A DNA stretch of 64,000 nucleotides from Actinophytocola sp. (GTDB taxonomy: Bacteria; Actinomycetota; Actinomycetes; Mycobacteriales; Pseudonocardiaceae). Location of the stretch: contig DATABL010000222.1 in the NCBI GenBank assembly GCA_036259595.1, positions 1,862 to 65,861 on the forward strand, given 5' to 3'. The notes under the pieces were generated by a model. That model was not told where the DNA came from, ran no database searches, and saw nothing but the letters and a program-made list of their open reading frames with translations. The position numbers were made by a program, and so were the translations under genes. Shown in pieces: positions 55,714 to 64,000 of the stretch. Every line of letters starts with the position of its first letter. The first letter of the stretch is position 1.

Positions 55714-56586
55714 TCATCCCCGGGCGGCCCGTGCCTCCGAGCCGAGCTCGGCGAGCAGCGCGCGGGCGGCGTCGCCGAACAGGGCGGCACCGGCCAGCAG
55801 TTCCCACCTCCGCTGATACAGCGTCACGTCGCCCGGCTCCCGGGCGAACAGGTTGGCGTGGATGGTGTCGACCTCGACGTAGGCGTCCTGCCCGTCGTCG
55901 TTGGCCTCGTAGATGACGAACCCGTGTGAGGTCGGGCTCGCCGCGGGCGCGTCCAGCGGGATCAGGCCGATGGAGACGTTGTCCAACGTGGTCAACGTCG
56001 CGATCCGGTCGAGTTGGGCCGCCAGGAGCCGGGGCGGGCCGGGACGCCAGCGCAGCGCCGCCTCGGTGATCACGAACTCGAACCGCCGGCCCTCGTCGTA
56101 GACCACCAGCTGCCGCCGCAACCGGCCGGCGAGCGTGTCGGCCATCTCCTCCGCCGATCGCGACACCTGCCCCATGGCGATCACCCGCCGTGCGTACTCC
56201 GCCGTCTGCAGCAGCCCCGGCACGAGGGCGGGCTGGAAGGTACGCAGCAGCCGCGCACGCATCTCGCGCTCCTCGATCTCGCCCTGGATGTGCGCCCGGT
56301 CGCTGAGCGTGGCGGGCCAGCTGTGCACCTCGGTGAACACCGACTCGGTCAGCGCGACCAGTTGTCCGCGCCGTTCGGTGGTGGCGCCGACCTCGTCGGC
56401 CCATCGCGACACTTCCAGGACCGTCGGGGTCGCATGGCCGGACTCGATACGCGACACCTTGGACTGGCTGACGCCGATGCGGCTCGCGAGCTCCCGGCCG
56501 GACATGCCGACCAGCTCGCGGGCCTGGCGCAGCTCGCCACCGAGCTGCCGACGCCTGGTCGGCCGTGCAGCGCCGCCCCCGGCCAT
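55714..56586 (-). CDS. XRE-family HTH + DUF5753 regulator (WhiJ/Scr1-like)
   Basis: RRRQLGGELRQAR, SQSKVSRIESG, LVPGLLQTAEYAR, RLRRQ, VITEAALR, SIGLIP. Confidence 0.9.
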   Translation of the reverse strand: MAGGGAARPTRRRQLGGELRQARELVGMSGRELASRIGVSQSKVSRIESGHATPTVLEVSRWADEVGATTERRGQLVALTESVFTEVHSWPATLSDRAHIQGEIEEREMRARLLRTFQPALVPGLLQTAEYARRVIAMGQVSRSAEEMADTLAGRLRRQLVVYDEGRRFEFVITEAALRWRPGPPRLLAAQLDRIATLTTLDNVSIGLIPLDAPAASPTSHGFVIYEANDDGQDAYVEVDTIHANLFAREPGDVTLYQRRWELLAGAALFGDAARALLAELGSEARAARG

Positions 56587-57109
56587 CGCCACTCCTGCCG
56601 TCCCGTCGCCCGATCACCAGCAACCACATTCTCCCTGATTCAGAATGATTCATAGCGAACCATCGTGATGCAAGCCCGTCAAGGGTCAATCTCGTGTCGA
56701 TCAATTTCCGGTCGCTCGGCCGATCACCTCAGGAATTCCTGCGCACAAATCCCGACCGAGTCCGAATGGAATCGCGATCTTCGCGCGGTAGCGCACACAG
56801 TGGACCTCACCCACGGACCAGGCCGCCCTGCGGTCATGACGGTTCCGATCTTGACATTTTCTTGGTACACAAGCGAAACCTCTACCTCCTGGCCACGCAC
56901 GCCGACGACGCGCAAGATCGAACAACCCCGGCGTCGTGCTGATTTCTCCGGTTTCTCGCAAGCCCTCGCGAATCGCCCACCCGCCTTTGTCGTATGGTGT
57001 GCCGCACATGGTGGACCAACTGGGAAGCGTCCACCGCAAGAGCTGGAATCATCTGGAATCGCCTGGGCACGAGTACCGCCCCGGCCCGGGATCCCTGGGG
57101 GATCGACCA

Positions 57110-59452
57110 GTGTCCGACGAGCGTGACCGCACCGACGACGACGTCCCGGCGAGCGAGCTCGCCGCCGAGCTGCGCAAACTCTGGGCGGCGGCCGAACGTG
57201 CGCGCGGAGCCGAGATCAGGGTGAGCGCCTTCGCCAAGGAGGAGGCGTTCCTGTCGCCGAGCAGCCTGTACGCCTACCTCGCCGGCACGACCGTGCCGAC
57301 GGCGCTGGTACTGGACCGGATCCTGCGCGCGCTCGGTGTGCACGGCCCTGCGCTCGGACACATGGCCGACCTGCGCGAGGAGGCGGTGTCCGCGCGTCAG
57401 CGGGCCGGCCGGCGCAGGCGGAACCCGGTCCGGCCCGAGCCCGATTCGGTGCCCGCTCCCTGCCAGCTCCCGCCGGATGTGCGCGGGTTCATCGGCCGGG
57501 CCGAGCAACTCGCCGAGCTGGACCGGCTGCTCGTCGCGCGGGAGCGGCAGCCGGCCACGACCGTCGCGCTGGCCAGCGGCACTCCGGGGGTGGGGAAGAC
57601 CGCGCTGGTCACACACTGGGCGCACCGGGTCCGGAACCAGTTCCCGGACGGGATGTTGTACGTGGACCTGCGTGGGTTCGACCCGGAACAGCCCCTCGAG
57701 CCGGGTCAGGTGCTCGGCACGTTCCTGCGCGGCCTCGGTGTCAGCGGCGACGCGATCCCCGCCGAGCTCGCCGAGCGCACGGCGTTGTTCCGCGCGCGGC
57801 TCGACCGGCGCAAGGTCCTGGTCTTCCTGGACAACGCCGCCTCCGAGGACCAGGTCCGGCCGCTGCTGCCGAACAGCCCGGACAGCGTCGTGGTGGTGAC
57901 CAGCCGCAACACGCTCCCCGGCCTCGTCGCCCGGGACGGCGCCCACCTCGTTCCGGTGCCGAGCCTGCCCGTGGGGGAAGCGGTCACGTTGCTGCGGCTG
58001 CTCATCGGCGAGGAGCGGGTGGTCGCCGACCAGGACGGGGCAGCCGAGCTGGTCAAGCGGTGCGCGCTGCTGCCGCTCGCGATCCGCGTCGGCGCCGACC
58101 TGGCGACGACCCGCAGGCGCGAACGGCTCATCGTGCTCGCCGACGAGCTGCACCGCTACCACCTGGACCTGTTCAGCGCCGGCGGGGACGAGCGCACCGC
58201 GATCCGCGCGGTGTTCTCGTGGTCCTACCTGCACCTGCGGGCCGACCGCGCCCGAGCGTTCCGCCTGCTCGGCCTGCACCCGGGCCACGACCTCGACGTC
58301 TACACCTGTGCCGCGCTGCTCGACGTCGAACTCGCCGCCGCTCGCCTGCGGATCGACGACCTGGTCCGGGCGAACCTGCTGGAGCACGCGGGCGACCAGC
58401 GGTACCGCATGCACGACCTGCTGCGCGCGTACGCCCACGAGCAGACGCCGCGCGACGAGGCCGAGGAGGCGATGCACCGCCTGTTCGACCACTACCTGAG
58501 CACCAGCGCCGCGGCCATGGACCTGGTGATCCCCGACGACCACCACAGCCGCCCGGCGATCGCGATGCGGGCGTCCGAGCACCCCCTGGTCTCCGCCGAG
58601 GAGGCCATCGCCTGGCTCGACGCGGAGCGGCGGAACCTGCTGACCCTGGCCGAGGTCGCGGCGAACGAGGACTGGCCGCCGGTCTGCGCCACGCAGATGT
58701 CCGCCCTGCTGTGCCGGTACCTGCACAACCGGGCGCACTACGCGGACGCGATGGCACTGCACACCCTCGCGTTGAAGGTGGCGCGGCACCGGGAGAGCGC
58801 GGAGCTGGAGGGCTGGGAGCTGGCGCGCATCGGCGACGTCCACCTGCGGCTGGGCCACCACGTGGAGGCGCTGGACCACCTGGAGCACGCGCTCACCATC
58901 GCCCGGCAGATCGGTGATCCGAGGCTGGAGGCCAGGGCGCTGCGGCTGCTGGGCCAGGTGTGCTTACGCCAGGGCCGGCACCAGGACGCGCTGGCCCTTC
59001 TCCGCCAGGCACTGCCGCTGACCCGGACCGTGGCCGACCGGCACCTCGAGGGACACGTCCTGAGCATCCTGGGCGTCGTGCTCGACGAGTTGGGCCGCCA
59101 CGAGGAGGCCCGGACCTGCCACGAGGCCGCGGTCACCGTCTCCCAGCAGGTGCGCGACCACGACCTCGCCGGGCACGTGCTCAACAACCTGGGCATCCAC
59201 CACCAGCGGATCGGAGACCCGGAGGCGCACGCCTACCACCGCCGCGCGCTCACCATCGCGCGGCTGGCCGCCAACCCCGGCCTGGAGGCGGACTCGTCGC
59301 TGCGGCTGGGCGTCGCCCTGCGGGACCTGGACCGCACCGAGGAGGCACGGGTCGCGCTGGACAACGCCAGGAGCATCGCCGCCGGAATCGGCGACCGAAC
59401 CGTCATGGCCGAGGTCCACCGCGTCCTGGACACCCTGGGCGGACCGCGATGA
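57110..59452 (+). CDS. HTH + NB-ARC (STAND) + TPR regulator
   Basis: SPSSLYAYLAG HTH; QLPPDVRGFIGR, SGTPGVGKTAL, LVFLDNA, VVVTSR, LPLAIR, YRMHDLLR; C-terminal TPRs; start uncertain (ORF opens at 56936). Confidence 0.9.
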   Translation: MSDERDRTDDDVPASELAAELRKLWAAAERARGAEIRVSAFAKEEAFLSPSSLYAYLAGTTVPTALVLDRILRALGVHGPALGHMADLREEAVSARQRAGRRRRNPVRPEPDSVPAPCQLPPDVRGFIGRAEQLAELDRLLVARERQPATTVALASGTPGVGKTALVTHWAHRVRNQFPDGMLYVDLRGFDPEQPLEPGQVLGTFLRGLGVSGDAIPAELAERTALFRARLDRRKVLVFLDNAASEDQVRPLLPNSPDSVVVVTSRNTLPGLVARDGAHLVPVPSLPVGEAVTLLRLLIGEERVVADQDGAAELVKRCALLPLAIRVGADLATTRRRERLIVLADELHRYHLDLFSAGGDERTAIRAVFSWSYLHLRADRARAFRLLGLHPGHDLDVYTCAALLDVELAAARLRIDDLVRANLLEHAGDQRYRMHDLLRAYAHEQTPRDEAEEAMHRLFDHYLSTSAAAMDLVIPDDHHSRPAIAMRASEHPLVSAEEAIAWLDAERRNLLTLAEVAANEDWPPVCATQMSALLCRYLHNRAHYADAMALHTLALKVARHRESAELEGWELARIGDVHLRLGHHVEALDHLEHALTIARQIGDPRLEARALRLLGQVCLRQGRHQDALALLRQALPLTRTVADRHLEGHVLSILGVVLDELGRHEEARTCHEAAVTVSQQVRDHDLAGHVLNNLGIHHQRIGDPEAHAYHRRALTIARLAANPGLEADSSLRLGVALRDLDRTEEARVALDNARSIAAGIGDRTVMAEVHRVLDTLGGPR

Positions 59453-59877
59453 GCCGGAACGGTGACCGCTGTCGGGACACCACGATGACGTTGTCGACCA
59501 CGGTGGCGCGCTGTCCGCCCGGTCCGACGGCTTCTCGCGGCCGCCGCTCCAGCACGTCCGCGTGGCAGCCGGACGGCAGGTCGACCTCGGCCAGTACGTC
59601 GGCGGGGGTCGGGTAGCGGACGTCGGTGGTCCAGCCCCACGGCCGGTTCGACCCGTGGTCGACGACCACCAGCCGCGGTGGCCGACACGTCGACCGCGGT
59701 CACCGACCAGCCCCGTTCGGCCAGCCACAGGGCGTCGGTCCCGTTGCCGCAGGCCAGTTCGAGCGCCCGGCCGGGTGGCCGGTCCGCGACGAGGTCGGCC
59801 AGCACCGGGTTCGGCGTCCCCGGCTCCGTGCGCTGCCGGTAGTGCTGGTCCCAGTGCGTCTCCGCGTCCGTCGTCAT
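59449..59877 (-). pseudogene. Class I SAM methyltransferase remnant (internal deletion + frameshift)
   Basis: HWDQHY...PNPVL...GRALELACGNGTDALWLAERGWSVTAVDVSAT then jumps frame near 59672 into RLVVVDHG...VDNVIV; central part missing; 3' end approximate. Confidence 0.7.
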
Positions 59878-59945
59878 GCCGGACACGCTCGACTCAAGTC
59901 GGCCGAGGTTGCAAAGTCGCTTGCCGTTCCGGCAAAGTCGGCCGC

Positions 59946-60518
59946 ATGGACGAGTTCGCGGACGTGCTGGCGGCGGTCGGGCCCAGGTTGCGCGCGCTGC
60001 GCCGGCAGCGCGGGATCACCCTGGCCGACCTGGCCGCCAGCACCGGCATCTCGGAGAGCACGCTGTCCCGCCTGGAGAGCGGCGGGCGACGGCCGAACCT
60101 GGAGCTCCTGCTGCCGCTGGCCAAGGCGTACGGCGTCCCGCTCGACGAGCTGGTCGGCGCCCCGCAGACCGGCGACCCGCGCGTCCACCTGCGTCCGGTG
60201 CGCCGGCAGGACATGACGTTCATCCCGCTGACCAGGCGGGCCGGCGGGCTGCAGGCGTTCAAGGTGATCATGCCGAGGTGGCGGGGTGAGCCGGAGCCCC
60301 GCACCCACGAGGGCTACGAGTGGCTCTACGTCCTGGACGGGACCCTGCGGCTCGTGCTGGGCGACCGGGATCTGGAGCTCAAGCCGGGCGAGGCGGCCGA
60401 GTTCGACACGCATCTGCCGCACTGGCTCAGCTCGGCCGGCCCGGGCCCGGTGGAGCTGCTCATCCTCGTCGGGCCGCAGGGCGAGCGCGCCCACCTGCGC
60501 GCCCGCGGCGGCCGGTAG
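59946..60518 (+). CDS. XRE-family HTH + cupin transcriptional regulator
   Basis: VGPRLRALR, TGISESTLSRLESG, THEGYEWLYVLDG, AEFDTHLPHW. Confidence 0.9.
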   Translation: MDEFADVLAAVGPRLRALRRQRGITLADLAASTGISESTLSRLESGGRRPNLELLLPLAKAYGVPLDELVGAPQTGDPRVHLRPVRRQDMTFIPLTRRAGGLQAFKVIMPRWRGEPEPRTHEGYEWLYVLDGTLRLVLGDRDLELKPGEAAEFDTHLPHWLSSAGPGPVELLILVGPQGERAHLRARGGR

Positions 60519-60558
60519 GGCGGGTGTGGGGCGGGACGGGAGCGGGAACTCGGGCCGC

Positions 60559-60872
60559 ATGGATACCGAGATCGGCCTGCTCGTCGACGGCAAGCGACAC
60601 CGGCTCGCGGACGGCGAGCTGCACCCCGTGCAGCAGGCGTTCGTCGACCGGGACGCGTTCCAGTGCGGGTACTGCACCCCCGGCCAGGTCGTCTCCGCCG
60701 TCGGGGTGCTCGACGAGTTCGACCGGGGTGGCCCAGCGCGGTCACCGGCACCGGCGAGCCCGAGCTGGACGACGCCGAGATCGCCGAGCGGATGAGCGGC
60801 AACCTGTGCCGCTGCGGCGCCTACGCGAACATCGTCCCGGCCGTGCGGGAGGCCCGGCGATACCCCGAGTAA
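60559..60872 (+). pseudogene. Xanthine dehydrogenase/aldehyde oxidoreductase 2Fe-2S subunit (YagT-like) remnant
   Basis: LHPVQQAF...AFQCGYCTPGQ, then frameshift near 60725 to EIAERMSGNLCRCGAYANIV; first 2Fe-2S domain deleted; no partner subunits nearby. Confidence 0.75.
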
Positions 60873-60939
60873 ACCAGGGGTTCTCTGAGGATTCGATCTT
60901 CGTCGGCTCGGCTACAGCCTTGCTGACCAGGTGTTGCGG

Positions 60940-61012
60940 TGGGCCGCCTGGGGCTCGAACCCAGAACCTACGGATTAAAAGTCCGCAGCTCTACCAATTG
61001 AGCTAACGGCCC
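60940..61012 (-). tRNA. tRNA-Lys (anticodon TTT)
   Basis: Reverse complement GGGCCGTTAGCTCAATTGGTAGAGCTGCGGACTTTTAATCCGTAGGTTCTGGGTTCGAGCCCCAGGCGGCCCA: cloverleaf with D-arm, CTTTTAA loop and GTTCGA T-loop; CCA not fully encoded. Confidence 0.96.
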
Positions 61013-61072
61013 GTGCTTCGGGCGTCATGCTACCGAGGTGCCGGGGCCGTGTCCGGTATGGGCGTACTCGTG

Positions 61073-62515
61073 TCACCGGTCGTGGAAGATGCCCTGGCCG
61101 GGGGCCAGTACGTGCCGCGGGTCGTGGGTCGCCTTGGCCAGGGCGAACCCGGGGTACCGGTCGCCGTAGTGGGTGCGCCAGTCGGCGGGGGTGAGGGGGA
61201 TGGCGCCTACCGGGTAGTGGGTGCCGCCGACCGCTCGGGCCTGCTCGTACAGGTCGCGGTTCACGCCGAGGAGGCGCTCGACGTCCGCCTCGTTCGGGGG
61301 GTTCACGGCGCGCAGGATCGCCAGCAGGAAGATCACGTCGCTGTCGGGGACGGTGACGAACGGGCGGGTCAGGAGCGCCCTCGGCACGGGGTACAGCAGG
61401 ACCACGCCGCCGGCGTCGGCGGGCGTCAGGTCGGTCAGGAGGTCGGACACGTAGGCGTCGGTCGCGGCGTCGGGGAGGAAGACGTTGATCCACGGGCCGG
61501 GCAGGCGCAGTGCCTTGAGGTCCTCCACCAGGGCGTAGATGCGGTTCAGCCAGTCGAAGTACGGCAGGTCCGAGATCTCGCTGGACACCGGGTCCAGGCC
61601 GGCCAGGAGCGCGGCGTCGTCGGGGGTCGACGGCGGCGTGTAGTACTCGACGCCCTCCAGCATGTACTGCCAACCGCCCTCGGCGGGGATCAGTTGGCCC
61701 TCCAGGTAGCTGAAGCGCCGATCGGCCAACGCGACGCGCTGGGCCGCCGTCATCGACTCCAGGTCCGGGTAGAACAGGTTGTAGACCCTCGCCGTCGTCT
61801 CCGCGGGGACCAGCTTCACCGCGGCCCGGACGATGATCGCGAACTGGCCCAGCCCGCCGAGCACCGACCGGAACAGGGCCGGGCGCACGGTCGGCGAGCA
61901 GTGCAGGTGCTGGCCGGATCCCGTGACGACCTCCAGCTCCAGCACGTTGTCGACCTGCATGCCGTGGTGCGAGCTGGCTCCGCCGATCCCGCCCACCGAC
62001 AGCGTCCCGCCCACGGACAGGCCCAGGTAGTCGGTGTTCACCGGCGGCGTCAGGCCCTCGGCCACCGTGGCGCGCACCAGGTCGAGCCACTGCACGCCGG
62101 CGTCCACGACCGCGCGGTCGGGCGACACCTGGTGGATCGTCGCCAGCGTGCGGGAGTCGATCACCACCCCACCGCCGGCCTGGGCCTGACCGAACGTCGA
62201 GTGGCCCTGCCCGCGCATCGCGACCCGGAGGCCGTGCCGGCCCGCGTACCGGACCATCCGCACGATGTCGCGCACCGACCCCGGCCGCAGCACCGCCACC
62301 GGCCGCCGGTGCACGATGTGGCCGTAGTCGTCGGCCGCCTCGGCCAGGGACTCCTCGTCGACGACCAGTTCGCCGTCCAGGTGCGGCACGCGCACCCCGC
62401 CCGGCGACGCGTCGGCCTCGGTGACCCAGCCCAGCCCGGCGGGGTCGAACGCGACCACGGCCGCGGCGGCCGAGCCGGCCAGGAAGGTTCGCCTGCCGAG
62501 ACGGGACATGGGCAC
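61073..62515 (-). CDS. Tat-secreted FAD-linked oxidase, cytokinin dehydrogenase-like (VAO/PCMH family)
   Basis: LGRRTFL twin-arginine signal; RGQGHSTFGQAQ covalent-FAD His; TDYLGLSVGGTLS; LGGLGQFAII; DPRHVLAPGQGIF. Confidence 0.85.
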   Translation of the reverse strand: MPMSRLGRRTFLAGSAAAAVVAFDPAGLGWVTEADASPGGVRVPHLDGELVVDEESLAEAADDYGHIVHRRPVAVLRPGSVRDIVRMVRYAGRHGLRVAMRGQGHSTFGQAQAGGGVVIDSRTLATIHQVSPDRAVVDAGVQWLDLVRATVAEGLTPPVNTDYLGLSVGGTLSVGGIGGASSHHGMQVDNVLELEVVTGSGQHLHCSPTVRPALFRSVLGGLGQFAIIVRAAVKLVPAETTARVYNLFYPDLESMTAAQRVALADRRFSYLEGQLIPAEGGWQYMLEGVEYYTPPSTPDDAALLAGLDPVSSEISDLPYFDWLNRIYALVEDLKALRLPGPWINVFLPDAATDAYVSDLLTDLTPADAGGVVLLYPVPRALLTRPFVTVPDSDVIFLLAILRAVNPPNEADVERLLGVNRDLYEQARAVGGTHYPVGAIPLTPADWRTHYGDRYPGFALAKATHDPRHVLAPGQGIFHDR

Positions 62516-62613
62516 GCTCCTTCGAGTTCAGAGTGGACGCCCGGCGGACGATAGTCCAGGATCGACCCGCCCGGTTCCCCCTTTTGCCAAGCCCGGTAAG
62601 GCAAACGGCCGCG

Positions 62614-63936
62614 TCAGTACGCCGGCGCCAGGGCCGGCACGCGACGGGTCGGCAGCGAGTGGCGCCCGGTCGCCCGGTTGCGGTTCGGGGCCCGGCTCGC
62701 CATCGCCGCCGCCGGGATCGGGCGCGGCTCGGCCGGGGCCAGGCGCTCGCCGGGCGCGGGGTTGTGCCGCATCACGGTCTCGGTCCAGGTCAGCACGGCG
62801 CCAGGACTGTCCAGGCCGATCACGCCCATCAGGCGGCCGTCGGTGACGTAGCCGACGACGGTGCCGTTGCCCTTCTGCGGGGTGCCGAGGGAGATCGTCT
62901 CGGTGCCCAGCTTCGGCACCCCCGCCGCCTGGATCCGCACGCCGAACTGCTCGGTCCAGAACCGCGGCATCGGGGTGAACGGCCGCGCCGCGTCCCGCCC
63001 GGCGAGCAGGCTCTCCGCGGCCGCACGGCCCATCTCCACCGCGTTCAGCCAGTGCTCGATCCGCCGGGGCTTGTCGTCGAAGCGCAGGTTCGGCCACTGG
63101 GCCACGTCACCCGCCGCGACCACGTCCTCCGCGCCGACCACGTGGCAGGTGGCCTCGCAGACCACGCCGTCGTCCAGCGGCAGGCCGGAGCCGCGCAGCC
63201 AGGTCGTCGCCGGCACGGTGCCCGCGGCGACGATCGCGCACGAGGCCAGCATGAACGTGCCGTCGGACAGGTGCAGCTCGATCCCGTCCGGCCGGGGCAC
63301 CCAGTGCCGCACGGACGTCTCCAGCGCGAGGTCGACGTCGTGGTGGCGGTGCATGGACGTCGTCCACTCACCGAGCTGCGGCCCGAGCACGTTGCCGAGC
63401 AGGTTCGGCCCGCGGGCGACGATCGTCACCTCGCGGTTGAGGTGCCGCATGCTGCACGCGATCTCGCAGCCGGTGAACCCGCCGCCGACGATCGCGACCG
63501 GCGCGCGGCCGGCCGACACGGCCCGCTCGATGCCGAGCGCGTCCTGCATCGTGCGCAGGCCGAGCACGCGCGGGTCGTGGTACGGCACGCCGGGGAGGCG
63601 GCGGGCCTCCATGCCGGTGGCGATGACCAGGCCGTCGTAGGTGAGGTCCTCGCCGCCGGGCAGGCGCAGGGTGCGCTTCTGCGGCAGGAGGTACTGGACG
63701 GGGGTGTTCAGCCGCCACTTCGCGCCGATCTCGCGGTACGCGGGCAGCATCAGGTCCACCGGCTTCATCGCCCCGGTCAGCAGCTGCTTGGACAGCGCGG
63801 GCCGGTGGTAGGGCGGGGTGGCCTCGTCGCCGACGATCACCAGCTCGCCGTTGAACCCGAGCTCGCGGAGCCGCTCCGCCGCCCGCAGGCCGGCCAACCC
63901 GGCGCCCACGACGACCACACGTTCGAGCCGGCTCAT
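62614..63936 (-). CDS. NAD(P)/FAD-dependent ferredoxin reductase-like oxidoreductase
   Basis: VGAGLAG, PYHRPALSK, VIATG, VGGGFTGCE, AAGDVA, RIEHWLNA, PRFWTEQ. Confidence 0.9.
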   Translation of the reverse strand: MSRLERVVVVGAGLAGLRAAERLRELGFNGELVIVGDEATPPYHRPALSKQLLTGAMKPVDLMLPAYREIGAKWRLNTPVQYLLPQKRTLRLPGGEDLTYDGLVIATGMEARRLPGVPYHDPRVLGLRTMQDALGIERAVSAGRAPVAIVGGGFTGCEIACSMRHLNREVTIVARGPNLLGNVLGPQLGEWTTSMHRHHDVDLALETSVRHWVPRPDGIELHLSDGTFMLASCAIVAAGTVPATTWLRGSGLPLDDGVVCEATCHVVGAEDVVAAGDVAQWPNLRFDDKPRRIEHWLNAVEMGRAAAESLLAGRDAARPFTPMPRFWTEQFGVRIQAAGVPKLGTETISLGTPQKGNGTVVGYVTDGRLMGVIGLDSPGAVLTWTETVMRHNPAPGERLAPAEPRPIPAAAMASRAPNRNRATGRHSLPTRRVPALAPAY

Positions 63937-64000
63937 TTGCTTCCTACCTCCTGCAAGTGGATGGCCCGCATGGGACAGGCGCGTGCCGCGGCCTGCGCGC
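63933..64000 (-). CDS. Ferredoxin, C-terminal fragment (truncated by window edge)
   Basis: AQAAARACPMRAIHLQEVGSK*; ATGA overlap with the reductase. Confidence 0.7.
   Translation of the reverse strand, partial: AQAAARACPMRAIHLQEVGSK

Noticed and set aside
56665-57126. Small ORFs in the XRE/NB-ARC intergenic region
   Set aside because: Atypical codon usage, no RBS or motifs; more likely divergent promoter DNA
60286-60795. 169-aa ORF as a real gene
   Set aside because: Alternative frame of the XRE-cupin gene running into the 5' piece of the 2Fe-2S pseudogene
46500-60940. Intact prophage/ICE at tRNA-Lys
   Set aside because: No integrase, transposase, phage or conjugation genes and no att repeat noticed

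Overview
High-GC (visually ~70%+) actinomycete DNA; gene content and palindromic repeat style suggest Pseudonocardiales (inference). Bases 1 to ~45.3 kb are part of a large aromatic polyketide gene cluster whose left edge probably lies outside the window. It contains a WhiE/TcmN-type type II PKS (cyclases, ACP, KSalpha, CLF) and an iterative type I PKS of the 6-methylsalicylate/aryl-acid type with an aryl-CoA/AMP ligase. It also has amino-sugar and pentose genes, one GT1 glycosyltransferase, many redox tailoring genes and three MFS transporters. Its promoters share 11-bp-periodic TCGA-type (SARP-like) repeats. From ~46.5 to 60.9 kb is an accessory region ending at a tRNA-Lys(TTT). It holds a mannosyltransferase pair, DUF397/XRE genes, an HTH-NB-ARC-TPR gene, two decayed genes, and a five-gene operon with overlapping stop/start codons: BTAD regulator, inactive STAND-like protein, SPFH-like protein, vWA-OmpA lipoprotein and 4-TM protein. 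The most striking observation is in this operon. An ungapped 21-residue motif is shared between the C-terminus of the BTAD transcription factor and the N-terminal region of the adjacent STAND/NLR-like protein. This is the arrangement typical of amyloid signalling pairs, but here the partner is a transcription factor. All family assignments are by motif recognition; no database searches were run.
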